A stretch of DNA of 64,000 nt from Eledone cirrhosa (Eukaryota): NCBI GenBank assembly GCA_964016885.1, contig OZ024748.1, positions 43,152,001-43,216,000 on the forward strand, in the 5' to 3' direction. Every line of letters starts with the position of its first letter. The stretch's first letter is position 1. The notes below the pieces were generated by a model. The model had not been told where the DNA came from and did no database searches. It saw only the letters and a list, made by a program, of their open reading frames with translations. Position numbers and translations under genes: made by a program. This document shows, one piece after another, positions 62,013 to 64,000 of the stretch.

Positions 62013-63187
62013 AAATTGGAAAGGTTTACATCTGCTAGTTTTCCCAAGTGGTCTCCTGTATAAGTAATGTATGCTAAGTTGGAGAGGTTTACAGGACCTA
62101 GATTTCCCAAGTGGTCTCCTGTATAAGTAATGTATGCTAAGCTGGAGAGGTTTACAGGACCTAGTTTTCCCAAGTGGTCTCCTGTATAAGTAATGTATGC
62201 TAAGCTGGAGAGGTTTACAGGACCTAGTTTTCCCAAGTGGTCTCCTGTATAAGTAATGTATGCTAAGCTGGAGAGGTTTACAGGACCTAGATTTCCCAAG
62301 TGGTCTCCTGTATAAGTAATGTATGCTAAGCTGGAGAGGTTTACAGGACCTAGTTTTCCCAAGTGGTCTCCTGTATAAGTAATGTATGCTAAGCTGGAGA
62401 GGTTTACAGGACCTAGTTTTCCCAAGTGGTCTCCTGTATAAGTAATGTATGCTAAGCTGGAGAGGTTTACAGGACCTAGATTTCCCAAGTGGTCTCCTGT
62501 ATAAGTAATGTATGCTAAGCTGGAGAGGTTTACAGGACCTAGTTTTCCCAAGTGGTCTCCTGTATAAGTAATGTATGCTAAGCTGGAGAGGTTTACAGGA
62601 CCTAGTTTTCCCAAGTGGTCTCCTGTATAAGTAATGTATGCTAAGCTGGAGAGGTTTACAGGACCTAGTTTTCCCAAGTGGTCTCCTGTATAATTAATGT
62701 ATGCTAAGTTGGAGAGGTTTACAGGACCTAGTTTTCCCAAGTGGTCTCCTGTATAAGTAATGTATGCTAAGCTGGAGAGGTTTACAGGACCTAGATTTCC
62801 CAAGTGGTCTCCTGTATAAGTAATGTATGCTAAGCTGGAGAGGTTTACAGGACCTAGTTTTCCCAAGTGGTCTCCTGTATAAGTAATGTATGCTAAGCTG
62901 GAGAGGTTTACAGGACCTAGTTTTCCCAAGTGGTCTCCTGTATAAGTAATGTATGCTAAGCTGGAGAGGTTTACAGGACCTAGTTTTCCCAAGTGGTCTC
63001 CTGTATAATTAATGTATGCTAAGTTGGAGAGGTTTACAGGACCTAGTTTTCCCAAGTGGTCTCCTGTATAAGTAATGTATGTTAAGTTGGAGAGGTTTAC
63101 AGGACCTAGTTTTCCCAAGTGGTCTCCTGTATAAGTAATGTATGTTAAGTTGGAGAGGTTTACAGGACCTAGATTTCCCAAGTGGTC
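62013..63187. repeat. 63-bp minisatellite, about 18.5 copies
   Basis: Unit TTTCCCAAGTGGTCTCCTGTATAAGTAATGTATGCTAAGCTGGAGAGGTTTACAGGACCTAG(T/A); shorter degenerate units continue to about 63305. Confidence 0.97.
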
Positions 63188-63424
63188 ACCCCCATCTAAG
63201 TATTGTATGCTAAATAGTACCTAGATTTTCCAAGGGGTCACCCCTGTCCAAGTATTGTATGCTAAACAGTACCTAGATTTCCAAAGGGGTCACCCCTGTC
63301 TAAGTACTAACTAGGTTCGATGTTACTTAACTTTGTTGATCGGATGGTTACCAAAGTTTTCAATTCCATTGTTTTCAGTTTTTTTTTCTATTCTCTCAGA
63401 TTGAAGCAGAAATTCTGTTTATGT

Positions 63425-63602
63425 TCAGTGGACAGTTCCAACTCTTGCTTTGGTCAGTGGACAGTTCCAACTCTTGCTTTGGTCAGTGGACAGTTCCAAC
63501 TCTTGCTTTGGTCAGTGGACAGTTCCAACTCTTGCTTTGGTCAGTGGACAGTTCTGACTCTTGCTTTGGTCAGTGGACAGTTCCAACTCTTGCTTTGGTC
63601 AG
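63425..63602. repeat. 29-bp minisatellite, about 6 copies
   Basis: Unit TCAGTGGACAGTTCCAACTCTTGCTTTGG. Confidence 0.95.
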
Positions 63603-63805
63603 ACCAGTTCTATAGATGCCATCTACTTTCTGTAAATATGAGAAAGAGAGAGAAAGAGTGTGTGATAGTGTGTGTGTTAATGTGTGTATGTATCTGTGTG
63701 TGTCGTATGAGTATGTATGAGAGAGAGAGAAACAGTGTGTGTATGTGTATGAGAGAGAGGGAGTGTGTGTATGTATGTGAGTGTGAGAGACAGTGTGTGT
63801 GTATG

Positions 63806-63849
<44 letters not shown>

Positions 63850-64000
63850 TGTGTGTATGTGTATGAGAGAGTGTGTGCTTGTGTATGGGAGAGTGTGTGT
63901 ATGTACGTGTGTGTGTGTGTGTGAGAGAGAGGTGTCAACACAAGAACTGAGGTCTATAACTGCGATGTAACTGATAGCGCCAGGCAATCAACATTGGTTT

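Noticed and set aside
61997-63181. 394-aa ORF of 21-aa repeats
   Set aside because: It is a 63-bp minisatellite whose period is a multiple of 3. It is antisense to the host gene, with near-identical units and no flanking coding signal.
63425-63602. 29-bp repeats as a CRISPR-like array
   Set aside because: The units are contiguous with no spacers, and the context is eukaryotic.

Overview
Eukaryotic, very AT-rich, repeat-dense genomic DNA. The SINE and microsatellite landscape suggests a cephalopod (octopus-like) genome, which is an inference. A spliced + strand gene, almost entirely missed by the ORF track, runs through the window. It has nine phase-compatible GT-AG exons (9910-61838, 1326 nt, about 442 codons) encoding TSP1 - TSPN/LamG - linker - 5x EGF, and its 5' end lies outside what I could identify. 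The introns are filled with (TA)n/(CA)n microsatellites and with retroelements. These include RTE, Tx1-like, R4/Dong and CR1/L2 LINE pieces, at least five Penelope-like elements (RT + GIY-YIG), tRNA-derived SINEs, hAT and Tc1/mariner MITEs, and a non-autonomous Helitron. The most striking layer is a set of minimal type I hammerhead ribozymes from many unrelated families. The best example is a 310-bp hammerhead-bearing unit (retrozyme-like) repeated about 3+3 times as a 1.9-kb head-to-head palindrome at 13844-15749. There are also many smaller fold-back insertions pivoting at or near hammerhead motifs. There is one 200-N assembly gap. No CRISPR, rRNA or bona fide tRNA genes were seen.
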